Source: a virus. Taken from it: a stretch of 64,000 nt of DNA. A program made the translations under genes and the position numbers. Positions 16,997-26,526 of this stretch are shown in pieces (the first letter of the stretch is position 1; each line of letters opens with the position of its first letter). A model generated the notes under the pieces. It worked only from the letters and a program-made list of their open reading frames with translations. It ran no database searches and was not told the DNA's origin. The stretch spans positions 45,820 to 109,819 of the IMG/VR virus record IMGVR_UViG_3300044647_001247. One strand, 5' to 3'.

Positions 16997-19900
16997 ATGA
17001 AAATACGCATTACAAAAAAAGGATTGCCTAAAGCACAATGGCAAAATAGTCAAATACCAGGAGGTCAAGCTATTAATCCAAGAAAAGTAGCAGGAAAGGA
17101 AAACTTGACCTCTTGGAATGTTTTTGATAATGCACCACAGCAAGGTGTTCCTACACAATTTATTGATCCTCAATCAGTTGTAAACACAGAACGTAATGTT
17201 TGGAATTATAGTCCCTATCGTAATAGTCAAGGTGAAAGTATAACAGGTGATGAGTATTATAATCAATTTTGGACTCCTCCTAACACTCCTGCAAAAACTG
17301 CTCCTAATATAAATAAAAAATCTACTTATAAAAAAACAAATAACTTTAATGATTATTTTGCTGCAGGAGCAATGACATTAAATGCTTTAGATAATAGACA
17401 AACTGATAAGGAGTTGGAAGCTTCTTGGCGGAATGGTCTTATTAGTCCTGGTATTATTGATTATTCTCAAAACAGAGGAGATTATGAAATGAACACTGGT
17501 ATGGTAGACCCTTATAATACAGGAGCAAAAAACAAAGGACAATTTACTAATTCTTTTTATACTTCACAGTTTCAAGAAGGTGGTATATTTACACTAAATG
17601 AGGTGCAACAAGCTATATTACCTAATATGTTATCGGTAGCTTATGAAAGAAACACACCTGCATCAACATATGTTAATCCACCTAATAATTCATTAAAAAT
17701 AGATTACACAGATGCTGCTGATTTTATTAAATCACAGGAAGGATTTATACCAAAAGCAAAATGGGACTATGCTCAATATAGTGTAGGATATGGCACAAAA
17801 GCTAAAAATAAGAATGAAGTTATTTCTAAAGAAGAAGCTGAAAATAGATTAAAATTAGAACTTGCTCCTGTAATGGAAAAAATACAGAGCAAGCTTAAAG
17901 TTCCTATTAATTCAGGTCAACTTATAGCTCTTGCTTCTATAAATTATAATACAGGTTCTTTAGCAAATAAATTAATTGATAGAATTAATAAGGGTGAAAG
18001 TCCTGACATTATAGCAAATACTATTAAAAGCATGGCATTAACTGGTGTGGGTAGTAATAAAATATTACCGGGATTAGTTAAACGTAGGAATGAAGAAGCT
18101 GGCTTATTTTTACGTGGTTATGAAAATGGTGGTGAAAATACAGAAATTATGAAAATACGTATTACAAATTCTCCTGAGAAAATGGAGTATGGTGGTCAAT
18201 CTAATTATGCATTAGATCTTGGAAGAAAGAATATGTACACTGATATGCCTACTTCTCCATATGAAAGTGTAAGTAAAACAATTCAGGAAGTTCCTGAAGA
18301 GTTTGCTACAATAGAAGCAGAAAAAGGAGAAACTATTCTTACTGATGTAGATGGTGATGGTATCAGAGAACATATGAATATTGAAGGTAAATATCATGAA
18401 TATGGTGGTACTAATCTTGCAGCTAATCCTGGTGATTTTGTTTTTTCTAATCATAAACCAAAGATGGCAATCAAAGATCCAACTGTTTTAAAACTATTTG
18501 ATAAGAAGTTTAAGAAAGGTGGTTACACTCCTGCTGAAATAGCAAAGCAGTATGACTTAAATAAATACAAAGCAGTGTTAGAAAATAAAGATGCTGATAA
18601 GTATGATAAAAATACAGCAGAATTAATGTCTAATAATATTAATAAAAAGTTAGGTATGTTGTCTTTTGTACAAGAAGCTATAAAAGGTTTTCCACAAGGA
18701 ATACCTGAAGTGGCTAAGTCAACAATGGGTCAAAATAATCAAGTTGCATATGGTGGGTATATTCCTGAAATGGCTTATGGTGGTTATCTGGAACAATATC
18801 AAGATAAGGGGCAAGTTACTCCTTCTTGGCTTAAACCATGGTTAAAATCTAATACACAAAAAGGTAGAACAAGTCCCACTGGAAAAATGACAACTTATAA
18901 TCCAGATGTAGATAATATATACAAAGAGCTTGACTATTGGCAGAAAAGAGCAGGAAGAAATTTTAAGAGTGCTGATGATATGCAATCTTTTATATATTCT
19001 TCAATAGAAAAGGAAGATCCTTCTATAATAGAAGATATGTGGAAGAAGTGGGGGAACACAGCAAAAAGTAAAAACACTGATCTAGCTAATTTTGCTGATA
19101 ATACAATAGGAGCAAGAACTGCTGATTTACTAAATACTTATAGAACAAAAAGAGGGCAACCTGTTTCTATACCTAGAAATGTTAAATCTAATTTTAATCT
19201 TCCTCCTTTAAATACAAATTCTATAGATTTGCCATTAACTGTTCCTAATCCATTTACACCACCTTCAGATAAAGTTCCTGATTTTAATGAATCAAAAGGT
19301 AATACTCCTTATGGTTGGACAAATCCTGATAAAAGAAATTTAGCTAATGCTCTTATAAATAGAAGCTATATTAAAAAATATCCTAGTGTAAGGTCAGATG
19401 TTAATCCTGCTATGTCTGATTTTAGAAATATGGATTGGAGAGGAAAGGCAGCGGAGCTTCAAGGAACTTATAATAGCCAACTTAATACATTAGGTAATTT
19501 TCAGTCACCCACCTCTTTAGCTGCAAATATGTCCTTTATGGCAGGACAGCAGGGTGAAAATTTAGTTAATCGTGCTATAGAACCTACAGAACAACAAAAT
19601 GTAAATATTTATAATCAAGTGGCTGGACAGAATGCAAACATTATGAATAACGCATTAGCTAATGCTGCACAAAATAAGTTCTTACGTTCTGGAGAGAGAG
19701 CAGTAGTAAATCAGAGGTATAATCAAGAAATGATTGATTTTAACAATGCATATACACAAGCACGAAATCAAGGAGAGAATAATGCTGCTGGTATATATAA
19801 TACTAATGTAACAGAAAGTCCTTATTATTATATAGATCCTGCTACACAAAGAATGAAGTTTAATTCTGATAATGCACGTGCTGCTTTTGAAGCAGCTAGA

Positions 19901-20134
19901 AGAAGTGCTGGCCCGTCTGATAATGATGTAGTAGCTAAGTATCTTCAAATACGTAGTTCTTTAACAGGTGTTCCTGATGATGAAAAGGATGATGTAACAA
20001 GAGCTATAATGGGTCTTGATAAATCAGCTAGAGGTAGAATGTCTCAGACAACATTTCCTTTTGATCAAATACGAAATAGAACTACAGTACAACAACCTGT
20101 TACAGGTAATTATTCACAAAATCCTAACGGATAA
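16997..20134 (+). CDS. putative ejected cargo protein with GH24 lysozyme domain
   Basis: FIKSQEGF...WD...SVGYGT...YNTG...GLVKRRNEEAGLF (GH24 lysozyme). Also EAEKGE...HEYGG...FVFSN, recalled from crAss cargo proteins. Confidence 0.75.
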   Translation: MKIRITKKGLPKAQWQNSQIPGGQAINPRKVAGKENLTSWNVFDNAPQQGVPTQFIDPQSVVNTERNVWNYSPYRNSQGESITGDEYYNQFWTPPNTPAKTAPNINKKSTYKKTNNFNDYFAAGAMTLNALDNRQTDKELEASWRNGLISPGIIDYSQNRGDYEMNTGMVDPYNTGAKNKGQFTNSFYTSQFQEGGIFTLNEVQQAILPNMLSVAYERNTPASTYVNPPNNSLKIDYTDAADFIKSQEGFIPKAKWDYAQYSVGYGTKAKNKNEVISKEEAENRLKLELAPVMEKIQSKLKVPINSGQLIALASINYNTGSLANKLIDRINKGESPDIIANTIKSMALTGVGSNKILPGLVKRRNEEAGLFLRGYENGGENTEIMKIRITNSPEKMEYGGQSNYALDLGRKNMYTDMPTSPYESVSKTIQEVPEEFATIEAEKGETILTDVDGDGIREHMNIEGKYHEYGGTNLAANPGDFVFSNHKPKMAIKDPTVLKLFDKKFKKGGYTPAEIAKQYDLNKYKAVLENKDADKYDKNTAELMSNNINKKLGMLSFVQEAIKGFPQGIPEVAKSTMGQNNQVAYGGYIPEMAYGGYLEQYQDKGQVTPSWLKPWLKSNTQKGRTSPTGKMTTYNPDVDNIYKELDYWQKRAGRNFKSADDMQSFIYSSIEKEDPSIIEDMWKKWGNTAKSKNTDLANFADNTIGARTADLLNTYRTKRGQPVSIPRNVKSNFNLPPLNTNSIDLPLTVPNPFTPPSDKVPDFNESKGNTPYGWTNPDKRNLANALINRSYIKKYPSVRSDVNPAMSDFRNMDWRGKAAELQGTYNSQLNTLGNFQSPTSLAANMSFMAGQQGENLVNRAIEPTEQQNVNIYNQVAGQNANIMNNALANAAQNKFLRSGERAVVNQRYNQEMIDFNNAYTQARNQGENNAAGIYNTNVTESPYYYIDPATQRMKFNSDNARAAFEAARRSAGPSDNDVVAKYLQIRSSLTGVPDDEKDDVTRAIMGLDKSARGRMSQTTFPFDQIRNRTTVQQPVTGNYSQNPNG

Positions 20135-20190
20135 TAAACTTAGCAAGTTTAATTTTAAACTTTAATAGTTTTTGCTTAAATTAATAGTAG
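20135..20190 (+). promoter_or_regulatory. palindrome plus promoter-like element, copy 2
   Basis: TAAACTT-AGC-AAGTTTA, then TTTTAAAC...TTTTTGCTTAAATTAATAGTAG. Fills the whole intergenic gap. Confidence 0.55.
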
Positions 20191-23100
20191 ATGGCAACCT
20201 TTATACCAGGAGATCAACCCTTAAGAATGGATCCGGTGTTATACACTCCGGACTATAATTTTTTGCGATATGTATTGCAGAAGAAAGATGCACAATATGA
20301 ACAAGGTTTAAAATCAGTAAGTGGTACTATAGGTTCTTTGAAAAAAGAAATGTCAGACCCAACTAATGTACAAAGACGAGATGAGTATTTTAAACTTGCT
20401 GAAAGTCAACTTAAAAAAATCTCTTCTGCTGATTTATCTTTACAGCAAAATGTAAATAGTGCTAATGCAATATTTGATCCTATAGCTACAGATCCTGGTA
20501 TTGTATATGATATGTATCACACTGCTAATAATAGAAAGCAGTTAGCTGCAATGGAATCATGGGCCAGTTCAGATGATATGGCAACACGTAAAAAATTTAA
20601 TCCTGAAATATATAATTGGGTTAAAAAAGATTTAGATAGTTTGAAAAATGGTAATGGTGATATTAATAGTTATAAGGTTCAGGGTAGAAAAGCTTTTGCT
20701 TATATAGATGCCCAAGATATTATTAATGAAGCTGCAAAGCAACAAGGTTTTAAAACAGAAAAAGATGATAAAGGTAATCCTTACTTAATAACTACTACAG
20801 AAGGTCCTGATTTTGCACCTAATTACAAAGTGTTTGCAGAAAATGTTTTAGGTGCAAACTCTATTTATCAGCAACAACTAAGTATTCTAGGTCAAGCTGC
20901 TAACGAACGGGTACTAGATGAAGCTCGTTTTAATTCTGCATATGCAGATCTTTCACAGACTCAGATACTTAAAAAATACTTTACAGACAATTATGATAAA
21001 GATAGAAAGGAAAATGAAAGTTATTTATCTCAACTAACTGATGATTTTGCTACACAAAGAAAAGAGTTACTTGCTTATGGTGAAAGTAATAGAGATAAAC
21101 TTAATAGTGATTCAAAACTTGCTAATGCTTATGCTCAAAAAGTTTATTCATTAGAAAGTCAAGAAGCTCAGTTAGAAAATCAACGTCGTGCTTTTAATAC
21201 TCGTTTTGGTTCAGATAACACTGCTAAAATTGCTCTAAAAGAAAAGTATGTAACTGATGCTGTAAACAATCCAGAAGGATTTTTTGCTCAAAGATATAAG
21301 CTTAATGATATAATGCGTTTTAGTAATATGCGTTCAGCATCTTTTAGCCAGACTATAAAAGCTGATCAAGCTTATTTAGGTATATTAAATGCTAGAGATA
21401 AAAGTTTAAATACAATAAATAATATAAAAGATGATCAGTTTGATAATAAAATTGATGCTATTGGTTTAGGAATAAAAACTACTGAAACAGCTTATAAGTT
21501 ACAAGGTAAAGATAGTAAAGGTGAAAGAACAAAGAATAGTAGTGGTGAGAATAAAGAAGCTGATATTGAGTTTGCAGGAAATAGTCAAACTCAAGTAACT
21601 GTTCAAAGACATATTTCTAACTTAAATAACAGTATAGCTTTAAACACTGCTAGTGCTATTCAAGAGCTTACATCACCTGTTGGTGGATTAGCTATTTTAG
21701 AAAGCATGGGTGTTAAGCCAGAAGCAATAGGTTTTATCAGACAATATTATACAAGATCTATGATTGATCCTAAAACTAAAATTAGGCTTGATGAGTCTAA
21801 TGCTTTATCAGAAGCTTATAGATCTTTATTTGCTTTTGCTAAGAATAATAATAGTGCTGACGTCGTGGATAAAATGAGAGATCAAGTAAAAGAGGGAGTA
21901 ACAAAGGATAAAGTAGACATACCTAGTCTTTTACGTATGGCTGTAAAAAACTACACACCAAAGAATGAAAATGAAATTGCTTCTATTAGTGCGTTAATTG
22001 AATATGAAAAAAACCTGTCTCAGGTAAACAACTTATCTGGACAGCTTGAAGTTGCTACTAATAGTGTAATTTCAAATATAATTAAAGATCCAAAAAAAAC
22101 TAAGGAGTTTTCAAATGTCATTGTTAATGATAATGGAAAGAATAGAGTGGTAGATCCTAGTGATATTGTTAAGAAACTACCATCTAAAGGATGGATGATA
22201 AAAGGTATAATTGGAAATAATCCTACTACATTAACTGAAGAAGATAAAAAAATTATTTCTAATGGTATGTTTAGCGGTACATTAAATGTAGAAGTTAATG
22301 GTCGAGGTAACTCTGACTCAGGTGAATATTTTGAAACAACATTTGAATATAAAGGAGAAAGCTATAGACTTAGAACAGATGAGCCAATTATACCTGCAAC
22401 TAAAGAATTGAATAGTAAGTTAAATAAGTTAAATGAGATGGTTCCTATACCTGCATTATCTTCTGAAGAAGGTGTTATTGGAGCTGCCCGTTTTTATTTA
22501 CGTAATGATCTTAAAGAAAACATGCGTATTATAATAGCTGGTGACGCTACTACTACATCTTCTAATATTATAGATGGTGATACTGAAAAGCAAGTTGATC
22601 CTGAAATGCAAAAAAAAGTAAGAGCTGCTATTGGTGATAAAAAGATGATAGACTCAGGATCAATGTATATAATTAAAGGTTCACCCTTAAATAATGGTGG
22701 GCAAGTTGTTTCAATTACATTTCCTCAAGGTGAGTTAACATCTGACGGTAAACCTAAAAATGAAATAGCGGGGAAAACTTTTTATTTTCCTATTAATGTA
22801 GATAGTAAAAGTCCTGAAATAATAAAGGTGTTTGATCAGATGGATCAATTAGATGAATGGATGAATGTATCTAATAAAAATAAACCATATGTTATGGATC
22901 ACTTTGAAGGACTTGGTATAAAAGTTGAAGTGATACCTAGTCAACCAGGATCTAAAGTGGGAACTGTAAAAATGTATTCTAAATTTAATCCAGATAGCTC
23001 TAAATACGAGGATGAAATGCGTGTAGTTGATAATATTACTTTTGATTTAAATAAGATAACATTTTCTGAATTAAAACAAGAGATGTTTCAAAAATTTATT

Positions 23101-23193
23101 ATGCCTTCTGTAAAAGCACGTATGAGTTATAACAAACAAGTTAGTGTTCAAGGTTTTGGAGTAGAAAGTATAATTAATCGTCTTCGTAAATAA
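20191..23193 (+). CDS. putative ejected cargo protein
   Basis: 1000 aa, Cys-free, helical N-terminal half, lies in the cargo block. Confidence 0.6.
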   Translation: MATFIPGDQPLRMDPVLYTPDYNFLRYVLQKKDAQYEQGLKSVSGTIGSLKKEMSDPTNVQRRDEYFKLAESQLKKISSADLSLQQNVNSANAIFDPIATDPGIVYDMYHTANNRKQLAAMESWASSDDMATRKKFNPEIYNWVKKDLDSLKNGNGDINSYKVQGRKAFAYIDAQDIINEAAKQQGFKTEKDDKGNPYLITTTEGPDFAPNYKVFAENVLGANSIYQQQLSILGQAANERVLDEARFNSAYADLSQTQILKKYFTDNYDKDRKENESYLSQLTDDFATQRKELLAYGESNRDKLNSDSKLANAYAQKVYSLESQEAQLENQRRAFNTRFGSDNTAKIALKEKYVTDAVNNPEGFFAQRYKLNDIMRFSNMRSASFSQTIKADQAYLGILNARDKSLNTINNIKDDQFDNKIDAIGLGIKTTETAYKLQGKDSKGERTKNSSGENKEADIEFAGNSQTQVTVQRHISNLNNSIALNTASAIQELTSPVGGLAILESMGVKPEAIGFIRQYYTRSMIDPKTKIRLDESNALSEAYRSLFAFAKNNNSADVVDKMRDQVKEGVTKDKVDIPSLLRMAVKNYTPKNENEIASISALIEYEKNLSQVNNLSGQLEVATNSVISNIIKDPKKTKEFSNVIVNDNGKNRVVDPSDIVKKLPSKGWMIKGIIGNNPTTLTEEDKKIISNGMFSGTLNVEVNGRGNSDSGEYFETTFEYKGESYRLRTDEPIIPATKELNSKLNKLNEMVPIPALSSEEGVIGAARFYLRNDLKENMRIIIAGDATTTSSNIIDGDTEKQVDPEMQKKVRAAIGDKKMIDSGSMYIIKGSPLNNGGQVVSITFPQGELTSDGKPKNEIAGKTFYFPINVDSKSPEIIKVFDQMDQLDEWMNVSNKNKPYVMDHFEGLGIKVEVIPSQPGSKVGTVKMYSKFNPDSSKYEDEMRVVDNITFDLNKITFSELKQEMFQKFIMPSVKARMSYNKQVSVQGFGVESIINRLRK

Positions 23194-23206
23194 CTGACAT
23201 CCTTTT

Positions 23207-26200
23207 ATGGAAAACTTCAAAATAAATACAAATTTATATATACCTTCTACACCAAATGTTGAGCAACAGCTGAAAGAAACTCAAGCTAGTGAAAACTACA
23301 TTCAATCTGTAATACCTAGTTCTTCTGATATTGCAGCTAGTATATCAATGCCTGGAGATAGTATTGTAGATCTTATTAATCAGATAGAAAAGTATAATGC
23401 TGAGAGTGAAGCTTTACTAGCTCAATCCAACTCTGAAATATCAACTATCGGGTCATACCAATTTGATCAACGAGCTGCCATAAATGATATTGCTAAGAAA
23501 CTAAATCCTAAAGCACCTACATTAAAATCATCTGCTTCAGGTGCTTATTTAGGTACAGTTGGTGAACTAGAACGTTATTCTAGTTCAGATAATTTTAAAA
23601 TCTTTGGTTTTAATAGTGCTTTAGGAGAAGAACAAGAATATAAATATGGTCGTGCTATGACCTGGGGTGATACATTAGGTAAAGCTTTTGCTGGTGGTGG
23701 AGCTATTGCTGCTGATACTTTTATAGAAGGATGGAAAGGCTGGGGACGTATGGCTGAAGCTTTATATACATGGGATTCTTCTAAACTTATGGGTTCCAAA
23801 GAAGAACGTTATGAAATTGCTAAACAGCAAGAAGCAATCTTTAATAAGTATGCTATATATAATACAGCTGAATCAGAAGATTCTCTTTTAAATAGACAGT
23901 TCTTTGGTAACATGTTACAACAAGCTGGTTTTACAATTGGTGCATTTGGTCAAATGATTGTAGAAAACTATTTAACTGCAGGTATAGGAAAAGCCATTAG
24001 TGCATCAGTTGGTATGTTTGCAAAAGCTAAAGGGCTTAGCACAGCTATGAACGTAGGTGAGCTCATCAACGACACCCGTAAAGCTCAACAGGTTATTTCA
24101 AACACACAAAGAGTAAACAACGCTCTTAAGCAGATACCTCGTGCCTTAGTACCATTATTTGGTACAATAGAAGATGCAGTCAAAGCCGGTAAGGCTGGAG
24201 CTGGTACACTTCAGTTGGGTATGATTGGTCTAGGTGGTATCAAAAGAGAGCTTAGTATATTTAACATGGCTCGTTCAGAAGCCATCTTTGAAGCTGCTTC
24301 CACTTATAAAGAGATGGAAGATAAACTACTAAAAGAGTTTATAAATACAAACGGAAGACAACCTACTAATACAGAACTGGAAAACATCCGTAAAACAGCT
24401 GACGACGCTTCGTCTGATAACTTTGCTTCCAACTTGGGCATCCTGACACTGATGAATAGGATACAGTTTGGTAACATGTTCAAAAACTTTAACACCTCTA
24501 AGAAGATCTTTTCTAAGAACGCTGCTGCTTTTGCAGATGATGTATTTGAGGTGAGCGGTAAGGTAGGAGGTAAAATAGTAACCAAGGTTTATGAGAAAGG
24601 CTTTATAGGAAGACTTGGATCAGTTGGAGATATTGCTAAAACTTTTGGCAAGAAGAAAGCTGCCTGGGAAGCCAGTAAGTCCATGGGTCTTGGTCTAATG
24701 AAGTTTGAAGGATCTGAAGGAGCCCAGGAACTTATACAGGAAGCGTCTAATAAAGGATTGAGTCAGTATCATTATGACCTATATCATGGTAAGAAAGGAT
24801 ACGGTAGTAAACTAGACAATGTACTGGAAAGCATTCAAAACCCTATCACAGATATTGATGGGGCCAAAACCTTTTTGATGGGTGCTCTTACAGGACGTTT
24901 CATTGCTCCTGTATCATATGCCGGTGGTAAAATATTTGGTGGTAAACAAGCTCAAGAAATAGCTGCTCAGAAAAGACAGGCTATTGATGTCATCAACAGT
25001 TTCTACAGTGATCCTACACAATACACTAAAGAGTGGATTGCTAACGTGAAGGTTCAGAACAAAGCTGCTGAAACAATGGAACAAGCTGTTGCCAACGGTG
25101 ACAAGTATACATTCTATAATGCTAAAGATTCTGCTTTTGCAAAAGCTATATCATCAGCTATTAAACTTAATATGTATGAATCTTTAAAAGACACAATGAA
25201 TGAGTTGGGTAAAAACTTAAGTGATACAGAGTTTAAAGAAGCTTTTAATATGGATGCTAGTGAAACTAGTCGTCAAGGAGTATCAGAGTTTATGAATAAT
25301 GTTACTCAACAAATGGATGATTATTTTACTTTATATACCAACTTAAAAGATAAATATGGAGACAGGATTGTTCCTGAGCTATATCGTTATAATAAACCAG
25401 AAGAATATGAGAATGTAAAAATTTCTAAGATTGCATTAGACAATGCTATAGAAATGCTTACTACTAATGTATATAAAGCAAGACAGTCTACTAAAAGAGC
25501 AGTGCAATTGCAACGTGAGATGGCTGCTAATATAAATATAGGAGCTTCTTCTATAGAAGTTTTAAACAAACTAGGAAGTGAACAATCTATTAATGATCAT
25601 GTAGATATCCTTCAAAAAGAAGTTTCTTTTTATGAGAGTGTTGATACATTATCACCTGAGCAAAGAAAAGAATTTAATAGAAAGAAGCAAGAACTTAAAT
25701 TAGCTGAGGGTTGGAAAAACGCGTTTGAAGATGTAATGACTGGTCAGGGAGAAAGTTATTTTGATCCTAAGACAATTCGTGAAATATATGCTGCTTATGA
25801 AGAGTTAGTTAACTTTTATAATAAGTCTGAAGAAAAAAATGTTGCAGTTTCTATAGAAGATATAGAAGACAACTTTAGTAAGTTCTTAGATTATATACAG
25901 CTTAATAAAGATAATAAGGCTTATATAGATGCTATGAATATTTTGGCTGATCCTTATAATATAAGCTTGATTATAGAAGCTACAAAAAGCTCGCTTAAGG
26001 AAATAGGTACACGTAATCAAAAAGAACACATACAAGAAGTGCAGGCCATTACAGAAGATAAGATAGAAGAACCTGCTGAACTAATAGAACTTGTAGAAGA
26101 AGCTAAGTATCCTGATTTACCATCTATAAACAAACCTGAAGAACCTGCTCCATCTGCTCCTGAGCAATCACTTAATAAAGAACAAAAGGCTGCTTTAGAA

Positions 26201-26518
26201 AAAGCTTATCAGGAAGCATATGCTAAGTATAAACAAGATGCAGAAGCTGCAGGTAATAGTATTGCTAACTACGGACAATGGAAAGATTTTAGTGTTGCTG
26301 CTAAAGATATACGTAAAAAATTTGATTTAGGTGGTGTTTCTGAAAAAAAAGAACCTGAAACTTACGTAGAGAATTTTGATGTAGCTACAGTTAACACAGA
26401 AAATATTTCCACAGATGTTGTAGATGAGATTTTGAGTTCTAGAGAATCAAAAAAAAGTGATAACTTTGATAGTAATACGGATGAATTTTTCACTAACCTT
26501 ACTGTTTGTAATATCTAA
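23207..26518 (+). CDS. putative ejected, membrane-channel-forming cargo protein
   Basis: Gly/Ala-rich amphipathic segments and SEGAQELIQE motif. The single Cys is in C-terminal VCNI. Confidence 0.6.
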   Translation: MENFKINTNLYIPSTPNVEQQLKETQASENYIQSVIPSSSDIAASISMPGDSIVDLINQIEKYNAESEALLAQSNSEISTIGSYQFDQRAAINDIAKKLNPKAPTLKSSASGAYLGTVGELERYSSSDNFKIFGFNSALGEEQEYKYGRAMTWGDTLGKAFAGGGAIAADTFIEGWKGWGRMAEALYTWDSSKLMGSKEERYEIAKQQEAIFNKYAIYNTAESEDSLLNRQFFGNMLQQAGFTIGAFGQMIVENYLTAGIGKAISASVGMFAKAKGLSTAMNVGELINDTRKAQQVISNTQRVNNALKQIPRALVPLFGTIEDAVKAGKAGAGTLQLGMIGLGGIKRELSIFNMARSEAIFEAASTYKEMEDKLLKEFINTNGRQPTNTELENIRKTADDASSDNFASNLGILTLMNRIQFGNMFKNFNTSKKIFSKNAAAFADDVFEVSGKVGGKIVTKVYEKGFIGRLGSVGDIAKTFGKKKAAWEASKSMGLGLMKFEGSEGAQELIQEASNKGLSQYHYDLYHGKKGYGSKLDNVLESIQNPITDIDGAKTFLMGALTGRFIAPVSYAGGKIFGGKQAQEIAAQKRQAIDVINSFYSDPTQYTKEWIANVKVQNKAAETMEQAVANGDKYTFYNAKDSAFAKAISSAIKLNMYESLKDTMNELGKNLSDTEFKEAFNMDASETSRQGVSEFMNNVTQQMDDYFTLYTNLKDKYGDRIVPELYRYNKPEEYENVKISKIALDNAIEMLTTNVYKARQSTKRAVQLQREMAANINIGASSIEVLNKLGSEQSINDHVDILQKEVSFYESVDTLSPEQRKEFNRKKQELKLAEGWKNAFEDVMTGQGESYFDPKTIREIYAAYEELVNFYNKSEEKNVAVSIEDIEDNFSKFLDYIQLNKDNKAYIDAMNILADPYNISLIIEATKSSLKEIGTRNQKEHIQEVQAITEDKIEEPAELIELVEEAKYPDLPSINKPEEPAPSAPEQSLNKEQKAALEKAYQEAYAKYKQDAEAAGNSIANYGQWKDFSVAAKDIRKKFDLGGVSEKKEPETYVENFDVATVNTENISTDVVDEILSSRESKKSDNFDSNTDEFFTNLTVCNI

Positions 26519-26526
26519 TATATTCT

